Below, in pieces: positions 1-8,063 of a stretch of 64,000 nt of DNA. Below the pieces are notes generated by a model. The model was not told the origin of the DNA. It was given only the letters and a program-made list of their open reading frames with translations, and did no database searches. Origin of the DNA: Candidatus Enterousia sp. (GTDB lineage: Bacteria > Pseudomonadota > Alphaproteobacteria > Rs-D84); contig JAZLHA010000014.1 in NCBI GenBank assembly GCA_045616625.1, positions 23,155-87,154 on the forward strand, written 5' to 3'. Numbering within the stretch: position 1 is the first letter of the stretch; every line of letters starts with the position of its first letter. A program made the translations under genes and the position numbers.

Positions 1-962
1 TGCGATTTTGGTTGTATTTGTTCCAGTTCGGTTTTAACCGCAATTCCAAAAGGTCTTTTTTGGGCTTTTGTTTTTGTGTGTTTAAAATCAAAATACTGTT
101 TTTTTAGATCGATTATGCCCCATGAAAGATTCAAAATTTCGCTTTTTCTACATCCAGTCAAAGCCAATAAACGACATATTTGTACATATTGTTTTGCTTT
201 TTCATTTTGATGATAAAATAAAATTCGCCCCATAGTTACATAATCATCATCTTCTAGAAAAGCTATTTCTTTTTTTTCATACTGCACTTTCTTAAATGAT
301 CCATCAAGCATGGGGTTTGCCTCCAACCATTTTTCAGACACTCCAAAACTAAGTATCGCAGAAAGCATTTCTATCGTTCTTTTTGCAACACCAACACCAC
401 CTATTATTTTTGTATAACTTTTTTTGCCTTTTTGGGTAATAGATACACGTTTTTGTTGTTTTATTCTATTCTGCAAATCTTGGATGTCTTCTTTTGTTAA
501 ATCAGACAATTTTATATTACCTATGTAAGGTTTAATCCATAGGTTATAACGTGATAAATCTTGTTGGTGCGTAGATTCTCTTACGTTTTGCTTTTTTTCA
601 AAATAGTGATTACAAAGATCTGACACAGTATGTTTACTAGCTTCTCTTTGTTGCATTAATTGAAGCACACTAGTCCTTCTGATGTTTGGTTTAAATTCTT
701 CTATAAAAGATCTGGCTTCTTGTACGCTTATATCAGATATTTTATTGATTGTTTTAGTAGTACATTTGTTTAATTTATTTCTGTATTTATAAAAAAATGC
801 AGCATTGTTTTTACCTAAAGCAATTCCAAAACCTGGTTCTTTTGTGTCCCAAATAATGTTGGAGTTGTTGCTTGTACAAGGTTTGTTATTAATAGCGTAT
901 TCTTTTGCAATACTAGTAACAAAACCTTGCGTAATATTTTTTTTGTTTTCAAATGAAATCAT
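1..962 (-). CDS. int: Tyrosine recombinase/integrase, P4-like. Only the N-terminal ~320 aa are present; the C-terminus lies beyond the left window edge.
   Basis: Absent from the ORF track because it runs off the window. My reverse-strand translation from the ATG at 962-960 gives MISFENKKNITQGFVTSIAKEYAINNKPCTSNNSNIIWDTKEPGFGIALGKNNAAFFYKYR, a DUF4102-type arm-binding N-terminus. Further on it gives ..LLALTGCRKSEILNLSWGIIDL.., the box I Arg region. Confidence 0.85.
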   Translation of the reverse strand, partial: MISFENKKNITQGFVTSIAKEYAINNKPCTSNNSNIIWDTKEPGFGIALGKNNAAFFYKYRNKLNKCTTKTINKISDISVQEARSFIEEFKPNIRRTSVLQLMQQREASKHTVSDLCNHYFEKKQNVRESTHQQDLSRYNLWIKPYIGNIKLSDLTKEDIQDLQNRIKQQKRVSITQKGKKSYTKIIGGVGVAKRTIEMLSAILSFGVSEKWLEANPMLDGSFKKVQYEKKEIAFLEDDDYVTMGRILFYHQNEKAKQYVQICRLLALTGCRKSEILNLSWGIIDLKKQYFDFKHTKTKAQKRPFGIAVKTELEQIQPKS

Positions 963-1055
963 TTTAATTTCCTTTGTTTATGACTTGATTTTTTGTCTAA
1001 ACCAATTAAAATGACTCTTGTTGCAGGGATTCTAATTAGTTTAGGGTTCTTGTTG

Positions 1056-1079
1056 GGTGGACAGTTGCCGCTGTCCACC
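1056..1079. repeat. Perfect 9-bp inverted repeat GGTGGACAG-ttgccg-CTGTCCACC between the regulator stop and the integrase start.
   Basis: Read directly from the sequence. It is GC-rich within an AT-rich spacer. It could be an operator or a terminator-like hairpin. Confidence 0.6.
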
Positions 1080-1092
1080 ATTTGTTTTTATA

Positions 1093-1584
1093 CTAATGTT
1101 TTAACCATTCATTTTCATTTTTTTGCACCTCCCTAAATTGTTCTTTCATTTCTTCTATGGAAGCAGTTTCAAAACATCCAGAATGGTTAGATCCAATAAT
1201 GTATAACATCTTCTTCATTTGATGAAGAGCCTCTTCTTCTGGAAGCAGATTGACCACTTTTGCACACAAACCCAAATATTCTTTAGTCCAAAATTGTTTA
1301 AAAGGAGCAGACACAAAAACCTTAGGGTTCGGATTGTGTTTTTTCCATCTTGACGTCACATTTTCTACAATACGCGATACTTCTTCGGCCATTTGATCCG
1401 TTAATTTATAAGCCTTTATTATTCTTTCATCAAAATATAATGGTGGGCGTCTTTTAGATGTTTCTATATTCAGCAAGTTTGGATGAGACATCTTTAGTTT
1501 TATAGCCATGTCTCTTTGAGACTCTTTCTTTGTGCCTCTAATATGTTGCAGAAACATACCCAATTCATTTCTTTTAATGTTCAT
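1093..1584 (-). CDS. XRE/cI-like helix-turn-helix transcriptional regulator
   Basis: The N-terminus LGMFLQHIRGTKKESQRDMAIKLKMSHPNLLNIETSKR fits an HTH_XRE pattern. It is transcribed divergently from the Rep gene across a repeat-containing spacer. Confidence 0.65.
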   Translation of the reverse strand: MNIKRNELGMFLQHIRGTKKESQRDMAIKLKMSHPNLLNIETSKRRPPLYFDERIIKAYKLTDQMAEEVSRIVENVTSRWKKHNPNPKVFVSAPFKQFWTKEYLGLCAKVVNLLPEEEALHQMKKMLYIIGSNHSGCFETASIEEMKEQFREVQKNENEWLKH

Positions 1585-1602
1585 TTAGTATTCCTTTTGT
1601 GT

Positions 1603-1758
1603 TAAACTTTGATACCATTATATTTATAAAAAAACAAATGTCAAGCTTTATTTTGAATATTTTTTGATAAACTTTGATACCACACAAAACAACCATTAAT
1701 TTTTGCATTGTTATACTTTTTACAAATTTAAATACAAACAAAGAGTAAAACTTTGCCA
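1603..1758. repeat. Iteron/operator-like direct repeats TAAACTTTGATACCA (1603-1617 and 1668-1682) plus a degenerate third copy AAACTTTGCCA (1748-1758).
   Basis: The two exact 15-bp copies start 65 bp apart. They lie in the divergent promoter region between the XRE regulator and Rep. Confidence 0.6.
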
Positions 1759-1949
1759 TTTAACCAGGTAGGTAGCTTAAAAACAAAAAATAAAAATTTT
1801 TTAATCACAAAACGACATAAAAAAACACAAATCATAGTTCTATAGAAGGTAGTGTAAAAGCTTCTTATATGGGACTGTAAATCTATAGATCTTAGAAGCT
1901 AAAACACTTCCAACAAACAACAAATATTCTGGTTCTGGCGAGGACCGGA

Positions 1950-2669
1950 ATGGATTATTACACCCTAAAGGAAATAAAAATGGTAAATGAATATAAAAAA
2001 CAACTCATAAAAGAATTACAGAAACGTAGCTATGAACTATTTGTAACTGTAACGTTTAAAAATCTAGTTACACCCACACAAGGTAGCAATACTATAGACA
2101 TAGCAATCAAACAATTACGATATGTAATGAGTATATTTGAACGTTATGTGCTAGGTAAGCATTGGAAAAGGAGTCCAATAAGATTCTGGGCGTTTTTTGA
2201 ATTAGGTAGGAATGGAGTTTTACCGCATTTTCATATCCTAATACCCACTACCATAGGTATTAGCACCAACACTTTAATAGAGGCGTTTGATAAAGCACTT
2301 GCAAAGGTTAATGTGGCTGAGGAGAAGATAAGCATGAATGTTCAAGACTGTATTTATTCCGAAGCAGATTTAATCTCTTATTGTGTTAAAGAATTAAGGT
2401 TTGATGGATATGGCCACTTTGATCCTATTAGAATAAATACAGCAGAAACATTATTTGATATACCAAGATCAAATAAGCCAGTATTTAGTGTCAAAGGTTT
2501 AATACGAAACTGTTTACAGAGAAAAAAACAAAAGAAACAAAATAGCCCAAAACACACATTTATTGTTAAGGTAGTACAAAAGATACAGGATCTAGCACAA
2601 GTAATAGGCCAAAAGTTCAGAAGGTTTATTAATGAGCTGTTTATAGATAAACTGAGGCTTTTTCATTAA
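1950..2669 (+). CDS. HUH-superfamily rolling-circle replication initiator (Rep)-like protein
   Basis: The three RCR motifs occur in canonical order: motif I FVTVTF, motif II (HUH) LPHFHILIP, motif III (YxxK) LISYCVKEL. Confidence 0.6.
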   Translation: MDYYTLKEIKMVNEYKKQLIKELQKRSYELFVTVTFKNLVTPTQGSNTIDIAIKQLRYVMSIFERYVLGKHWKRSPIRFWAFFELGRNGVLPHFHILIPTTIGISTNTLIEAFDKALAKVNVAEEKISMNVQDCIYSEADLISYCVKELRFDGYGHFDPIRINTAETLFDIPRSNKPVFSVKGLIRNCLQRKKQKKQNSPKHTFIVKVVQKIQDLAQVIGQKFRRFINELFIDKLRLFH

Positions 2670-2850
2670 TCATCTTAAGTATATTATTGCCCATATAATA
2701 AACGCTACCTCCTATTTTAATCCAAGGCAGTTCTGGAAACCGTTTGTCTTTACGAGCGTGTGCTAGGACAGAGATACTTTTATGGAGTATCTGACTTAGT
2801 TCTTTCGGGGTTAATAATTTATCCTGCATTAGGTAGGTAAGATCTATCAT
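2641..2850 (-). CDS. AlpA/excisionase-family (MerR-like HTH) DNA-binding protein
   Basis: LLTPKELSQILHKSISVLAHARKDKRFPELPWIKIGGSVYY matches the AlpA/Xis pattern (L-T-x-x-E-x..., then R-F-P, then IKIGG-x-x-x-Y). Its 3' end overlaps the convergent Rep gene by 29 bp. Confidence 0.7.
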   Translation of the reverse strand: MIDLTYLMQDKLLTPKELSQILHKSISVLAHARKDKRFPELPWIKIGGSVYYMGNNILKMINEKASVYL

Positions 2851-3004
2851 AAGTATATCCTTTTATTTAGTTATATAATATAGAACTGCATTAATTAGCG
2901 GAAATATACATTTTATGACTTAAAGAGTTCTATATAACGATAAGAAATTACCTTGTGTTCAGGGATCGGTACATAAAACAGCAAGAAAAAGGGCACTAAT
3001 AGCT

Positions 3005-3334
3005 ATGAAAATTACGAATATACAAAGAAACGAATGTCATGAAGATGATGATCAGGTAGCATACGATGTTATTCTGACAATAGACAATACGCTGATTATT
3101 TCAGGTATACAGATACTTTATACCTATGCAGATAGCAATAACGATCCATATTACATAAAGTGGCCTGAATATGTACAGTTTTTCAACAATAGTGATATTT
3201 TTAGTATAGAAGAACAAATCCTTAGAGGACTAGACAAAGTACCCATGAAAGAAAAGTTACTTCATGATTTTAAAACCGATCCAAAAGGTAGGTTTGCCGA
3301 AGAACTTATAAAGATTATAAAGGAAAAGTTATAA
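3005..3334 (+). CDS. Hypothetical protein (island cargo)
   Basis: 109-aa ORF with no motif I recognise. Confidence 0.5.
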   Translation: MKITNIQRNECHEDDDQVAYDVILTIDNTLIISGIQILYTYADSNNDPYYIKWPEYVQFFNNSDIFSIEEQILRGLDKVPMKEKLLHDFKTDPKGRFAEELIKIIKEKL

Positions 3335-3335
3335 T

Positions 3336-3488
3336 ATGAATTTCAGATATCTACCTAATGAACGTGTTGAAATACTTACAGACCTGGGTTATCACTATGC
3401 CATAGTTTATAATTGTATAAAGGCCTGGATCCAGGATGGTATTGTATATGCCCAGAATAAGGTAGGTAGGCTTTATAAGTTTAAATAG
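3336..3488 (+). CDS. Small (50 aa) putative excisionase-like HTH protein
   Basis: Below the ORF-track size cutoff. The ATG lies 1 nt after the stop of the upstream ORF. My translation is MNFRYLPNERVEILTDLGYHYAIVYNCIKAWIQDGIVYAQNKVGRLYKFK, which resembles Xis-type HTH proteins (G..Y...I..W...G.......GR.Y.F). Confidence 0.35.
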   Translation: MNFRYLPNERVEILTDLGYHYAIVYNCIKAWIQDGIVYAQNKVGRLYKFK

Positions 3489-3658
3489 TCCAACCCATTC
3501 TGGTTATAAATCTGGATAGAGTCGTTTTTTATCCCAATTATTTAATATGTAAGATATTTTGTAGGTTTTTAATTTATATTGAGTTTGAGTTAAAGTGTGT
3601 TATTATGCTTTCCGAGGTTAAAAAAGTTTATAAAATAAATATAAAGGGTGATATTAAA

Positions 3659-4438
3659 ATGAAAAAAATGTTTATTTTAATGTTAATGTTTTGTTGTTGT
3701 GGATGTGCAGAACATGGTTTAGTTTCTGGATATAATGGTGCGTGGAAACAGATAGAAAACGAACAATCTGGAACTGGCGTACCAGTACGAATTGATAAAA
3801 ATTTGTTTTTTAATTATGTTGGCCAACCTATTTCAGATGATTTTCAAGAACAATGTGTTCAAGTTCATTTATTTGGTTCTGCCCTAAATAAGGAACAATG
3901 CGAAGAAGTTTTTAGAAATAAAAAAGAATATACTACGAATGATTTTTTACTTGCACAAAACAAATATCGTCGGTGGTTAGATGGATGTGTTAATGTTGAT
4001 AATATACAGCAGATAAATCAAAGCATTGTTATGGATGCGATTGAACATAAATTAAGAGATTTTGAATTAGCAAAAAAATGGAACGACAAGAAAGAAATTG
4101 AACAAAAATACAACAAAAAGGTTTGTAAAACTGAATTTTTAGAGGAGCATGTCCGTTCTCTGTGGAACGAGGTTGATGTTATTCCAACAGACTGTATTAC
4201 TTCAACTTTCTTCGGTAGGGGTTTAATGGTCGAACAACAACTGCCTGAAGGAACGCGTGTACAAAGTACAAATGGTGGAAATGTTAGTTTTTTAATCGAG
4301 CCAAATGAAAAAATATTAAAAATGGGGAGGGGGCAAGTTATTGCAGGTCGTTTTATAGGAACAGGTAAGCAATATTATTATACGGACAATCGTGGCTATG
4401 AAGATACAGCAGCAATTATTAAATATTTAGGATTTTAA
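3659..4438 (+). CDS. Lipoprotein of unknown function, paralogue A
   Basis: Signal peptide plus lipobox, MKKMFILMLMFCCCGC. I chose the start at the internal ATG after the RBS-like aaggg. It is a full-length paralogue of 4456-5169. Confidence 0.7.
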   Translation: MKKMFILMLMFCCCGCAEHGLVSGYNGAWKQIENEQSGTGVPVRIDKNLFFNYVGQPISDDFQEQCVQVHLFGSALNKEQCEEVFRNKKEYTTNDFLLAQNKYRRWLDGCVNVDNIQQINQSIVMDAIEHKLRDFELAKKWNDKKEIEQKYNKKVCKTEFLEEHVRSLWNEVDVIPTDCITSTFFGRGLMVEQQLPEGTRVQSTNGGNVSFLIEPNEKILKMGRGQVIAGRFIGTGKQYYYTDNRGYEDTAAIIKYLGF

Positions 4439-4455
4439 TAAAAAAGGAACAAAAC

Positions 4456-5169
4456 ATGAGATATATTATTATGCTTGCATTATCAGTGTGTGTGTTGGGG
4501 GGATGTGTAGTAGAAACCAATCCCGAGTGGGATCAACTTCAAGCCATTCGTAGTAAAAATAAAGACGAAGTTAATGTGGACAAAGAATTGTTTTTAAAAT
4601 ATGTAAACCAACCTTACGGCGAAGATGTTATTTCTTTGTGTGAACACACACAAGGTTCACGTGGTGCTTTTAGTAGAAGTAGATGTACAGACATTCTGGG
4701 AAACAATAGCTATAGTGTAAACGATTTTGCTCTGGCCATTCATCATTCAAACCAAAACATAATAGATATAAATTACGTAAATTATTGCATTGTTGACTAT
4801 ATTGTAAATTTTAAAATAGGAGATATTACAGATACAGAATGGTATGATAAAAAAAATATTGAAAAAAAATACGGGATACCATCTTGTACTTATTATAGAT
4901 ATGGTGTCATTGATGATAATTGCATAACATCAACGGAATATGGAATGGGATTTGAAGTCAAGTACCAAACACCAGAAGGAACAGTTGTTGAAGGACGAAA
5001 GATGGGAGGCCCAAGGTTTTTAATTGAATATAATGAAGAAATATCAAAATTATTTCCTGGTCAAACTGTTCATGGACGATTTGTAGGTACTGGTAAATTT
5101 TTCAAACATACAGATTCTGCTAGATATGAGCACGAAATATATATTATAAAATTTTTGGGATATAATTAA
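4456..5169 (+). CDS. Lipoprotein of unknown function, paralogue B
   Basis: Signal peptide plus lipobox, MRYIIMLALSVCVLGGC. It shares blocks with paralogue A: VDKELFLKYVNQP vs IDKNLFFNYVGQP, DKKNIEKKY vs DKKEIEQKY, and CITST..G.G..V..Q.PEGT.V......G..FLIE.NE.I.....GQ...GRF.GTGK.......R.YE....IIK.LG. Confidence 0.7.
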   Translation: MRYIIMLALSVCVLGGCVVETNPEWDQLQAIRSKNKDEVNVDKELFLKYVNQPYGEDVISLCEHTQGSRGAFSRSRCTDILGNNSYSVNDFALAIHHSNQNIIDINYVNYCIVDYIVNFKIGDITDTEWYDKKNIEKKYGIPSCTYYRYGVIDDNCITSTEYGMGFEVKYQTPEGTVVEGRKMGGPRFLIEYNEEISKLFPGQTVHGRFVGTGKFFKHTDSARYEHEIYIIKFLGYN

Positions 5170-5178
5170 AATTAGCAA

Positions 5179-5200
5179 ATGCCCACTTGGGCATTTTTTA
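5179..5200 (+). terminator. Rho-independent terminator after the lipoprotein pair
   Basis: ATGCCC-actt-GGGCAT followed by TTTTTT. Confidence 0.75.
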
Positions 5201-5297
5201 TATACTTGTTGAACATGTATGAGGAACTATGTTTTGTTCATAATGTTATTGAATTTATTTTTTGGTGTTATATTCTTACCATATAAGGATTAACATT

Positions 5298-6740
5298 ATG
5301 GAAATAGCTAAAATCACTCTAAAAAATCATCCTATATTACAGAATATAACACTAAATTTTTGTGATACTAAAGGTGTGCCATATAAAAACATTGTCTTTA
5401 CAGGAGAAAACGGTACAGGTAAAACAGCTTTGTTGGATTTGCTTAATAAGATTTCAGGACACATACGACATTTTTTAATATATAAACCTTCTTACGATTT
5501 AACGGTTGAATTTCGTATAACAGAGCTTGAATTACAGTTTGTTAAGGAGACGTTCAGAATATCGGATAGAGATATGATTAACGAACATAATAACACATTT
5601 GCACTTGAATATACTGCACCCAATAAAGAACATCCTAATGGAAAACATTTATACTATTTGTCAGGTCAAATGATTGCTGACACCCATAGTACACAAGTAG
5701 AAAAATGTTTTAATTCTATATATTCTGAATCAGAAACAAGTTATCAGACACAAGAAATAACAAGTGTGACATCTAGTCAGGTGGATGTCGCAGAAGATTT
5801 TAAAAGTCAAAATTCAGGTGTAGAATTAGCGATGAAATTAAAACAATTGCTAGTTGATATAAACACTCAAGATGCCGAAGATTTACAACAGTGGTGTGAT
5901 GAAAACCCGACAAAAATACCAGATACATATAAAAAGCATGAAAAATTATCAAGATTCTCTAATTCGTTCAATACTATGCTTGAGAACATAAAATTTACTG
6001 GTATATCAACAAAAGCTAATCAAAAAAACGTTGTTTTTCAAAAACATGATAAAGATGTCCTATTAGAACAACTAAGCTCTGGTGAAAAACAGATTGTGTT
6101 TAGAAGTGGTAATCTTCTAAAAAACATTGCAATATCACAAGGCTTAGTTGTTTTAATTGATGAACCAGAGATTAGCATGCACCCAAGATGGCAAAGAAAA
6201 ATATTCTCTTTTTATACAAGTTTATTTAAAAATGATTCTCATACACAAATTGCTCAAATATTTTTTGCAACCCATTCAGAATATGTTTTAAAAGATGCTT
6301 TACAAAATGGGGCACAAATAATCATATTGAAAGACGAAAATAATACGATAACTCCGATTCCAGTAACAAAATTTAACACATTGCCTTTTAGTCCAACATA
6401 TGCTGAAATAAAATATAAGGCTTTTAATATACCAACAATTGAATTCCATGATGAATTATATGGTTATATTTATGAACGTTTTGCACAAAATAATATTAAG
6501 ACATTAGAAGATTTTTTTGTACAAAATGGAGCTTTATTAAATAAAGAATGGGCGAAGCCAAATAAAGATTCTTTTAACCCTCCTGAAAAAACAACTTTAA
6601 TGACATACATAAGACATTATTATCATCATCCAGAAACTGTTAGACGTCTGAACAATCCATTAAGTCCATTGCAAGAACCAACAGAAGATGAATTAAGAGA
6701 ATCCATTGAGAAAATGTTAGATATAATACGTCTTAATTAA
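5298..6740 (+). CDS. ABC/SMC-type P-loop ATPase (AAA_15/AAA_21-like) with an uncharacterised C-terminal extension
   Basis: Motifs: Walker A GENGTGKT, signature-like LSSGEKQ, Walker B LVVLIDEPEISMHP, H-loop FFATHS. There is a ~200-aa insertion between Walker A and the signature motif. I moved the start to the ATG at 5298, which follows the aagga RBS. Confidence 0.8.
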   Translation: MEIAKITLKNHPILQNITLNFCDTKGVPYKNIVFTGENGTGKTALLDLLNKISGHIRHFLIYKPSYDLTVEFRITELELQFVKETFRISDRDMINEHNNTFALEYTAPNKEHPNGKHLYYLSGQMIADTHSTQVEKCFNSIYSESETSYQTQEITSVTSSQVDVAEDFKSQNSGVELAMKLKQLLVDINTQDAEDLQQWCDENPTKIPDTYKKHEKLSRFSNSFNTMLENIKFTGISTKANQKNVVFQKHDKDVLLEQLSSGEKQIVFRSGNLLKNIAISQGLVVLIDEPEISMHPRWQRKIFSFYTSLFKNDSHTQIAQIFFATHSEYVLKDALQNGAQIIILKDENNTITPIPVTKFNTLPFSPTYAEIKYKAFNIPTIEFHDELYGYIYERFAQNNIKTLEDFFVQNGALLNKEWAKPNKDSFNPPEKTTLMTYIRHYYHHPETVRRLNNPLSPLQEPTEDELRESIEKMLDIIRLN

Positions 6741-6885
6741 TAAAGCATAACTTGAAAATAGATAATATTATTAAAAATAACATCATTTTTCATGGTTTAT
6801 ATGGTTTACAAATAGATCATTTTCAAAACTTGCAAAAAAAGAGATTTTGTAGTTAAATGACTATCATAATTAAAAGAGGCTAGTT

Positions 6886-7770
6886 ATGAGTTATTTGTTG
6901 TTTATGGATGAAAGTGGCCACGATCATAAAAATCTACCCTACGAAGTTCGTGGGGGTATTTCTATTGCTAGCGTTAATTTCTTTAAAATAATAAAAGAGT
7001 TACAATACGAAGAAGAAAGAATATTTGGGTGTAAATTATCTGAATATAAAACAGAAATAAAGGGTTCAAAATTACTAGAAAAGGCACGTTTTAAGTGGGC
7101 GGCTCAAGATAATAAATTGTCCGCAGAAGACCGCAAAAAGGGTTGTAGACGCTTTTTAACAGCATGCCTTGAAAACAAATCACCATGTAAACAAGATTTT
7201 ACTGCGTATGGTCAGGCATCTTTAATGATGGCAAAAATTATATTTAAACTTTTGAAGAAATACAAAGCAAAGATATTTGCTTGTGTTATTGAAAAAGGTA
7301 TTAAAAAGCCAGAGAATTTTAGACACGAGGAATATTTAAGGAAAGATCATGTGGGGTTAATGGAAACTTTTGCTTGTTTCTTAGCACGCCAACACGAAGA
7401 TGGTTTACTGATAATGGATCAAAGTGAAAAAGAAAACGATAAGAAATTCAAAAAACAATTAGCAAATTATTTTTCTAAGACAGTAAGCGGTCAACAGCAT
7501 GCCAATTGGATTATACCAGAACCACTGTTTATAGAGTCTGATACCAACTATTTAATCCAAGTAGCAGATTTTTGTATATATGCCATAAATACAGGTTATC
7601 GAAAATTACATAATGCTAGTGTTGAAACCAGACAAGAAGTCCAAGATTTGTGTGAAAAAGAGATAGATAAACTACAATACAAAGGTAGCGTTATAAAAAC
7701 ACTAAACAACCGTCCACAATGGGTAAAATTATATGGAATAAAGATATACAAAAAACCGTATAAACAATAA
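6886..7770 (+). CDS. DUF3800-like protein
   Basis: The N-terminus MSYLLFMDESGHD and the C-terminal LIQVADFCIYAIN match the two hallmark motifs of DUF3800 as I remember them. The RBS aaaagagg lies upstream. It is co-directional with the ATPase and 145 bp downstream of it. Confidence 0.65.
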   Translation: MSYLLFMDESGHDHKNLPYEVRGGISIASVNFFKIIKELQYEEERIFGCKLSEYKTEIKGSKLLEKARFKWAAQDNKLSAEDRKKGCRRFLTACLENKSPCKQDFTAYGQASLMMAKIIFKLLKKYKAKIFACVIEKGIKKPENFRHEEYLRKDHVGLMETFACFLARQHEDGLLIMDQSEKENDKKFKKQLANYFSKTVSGQQHANWIIPEPLFIESDTNYLIQVADFCIYAINTGYRKLHNASVETRQEVQDLCEKEIDKLQYKGSVIKTLNNRPQWVKLYGIKIYKKPYKQ

Positions 7771-7910
7771 AAAAAGAGGTAATGCAGTTGAAGCCACCAT
7801 TAGCAACTTCTCAGCCGAACCTCTGATATAAATATTACTTTTTTTATCTGCCAAGTCAAGAAATTTATTAAAAATAATATAACACTCTGTAAACAGAACA
7901 TATTTTTCTG

Positions 7911-8063
7911 TCTAATCGAAAAATTGCTATAGCAAAGACCAAACACAAATTTAAGGGAGATAGCAAGAAATTATCAGAATCTGATGTCCTGGAAATGGTA
8001 GAGGCTATCAAAGACAAAAAGACATCCATAAACCAGGCTATAGCTAAATATGGTAGTATATAA
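7911..8063 (+). pseudogene. Possible remnant of an HTH (Psq/transposase-like) gene with no start codon
   Basis: The in-frame translation ..KGDSKKLSESDVLEMVEAIKDKKTSINQAIAKYGSI* resembles an HTH_psq-type N-terminal domain. No ATG/GTG/TTG start precedes it in this frame within the stretch I read (back to ~7908). Confidence 0.25.

Larger units (their letters stand above)
1..7800. mobile_element. Integrase-associated genomic island (P4-like integrative element). The left end lies outside the window; the right boundary is unresolved, somewhere between ~7771 and 8334.
   Basis: Contiguous module of integrase, XRE regulator, HUH Rep, AlpA/Xis-like proteins and cargo genes with no housekeeping function. 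It ends just before tRNA-Val and metG. No att direct repeat could be identified inside the window. Confidence 0.6.

Noticed and set aside
805-1014. 69-aa plus-strand ORF from the track
   Set aside because: It lies mostly antisense (805-962) to the well-supported integrase N-terminus, which has a DUF4102-like motif on the minus strand. It is hydrophobic and low-complexity, typical of a shadow ORF.
1574-1759. 61-aa minus-strand ORF
   Set aside because: It sits in the AT-rich divergent promoter region and spans the three direct repeats. It has no RBS. It is more plausibly regulatory DNA.
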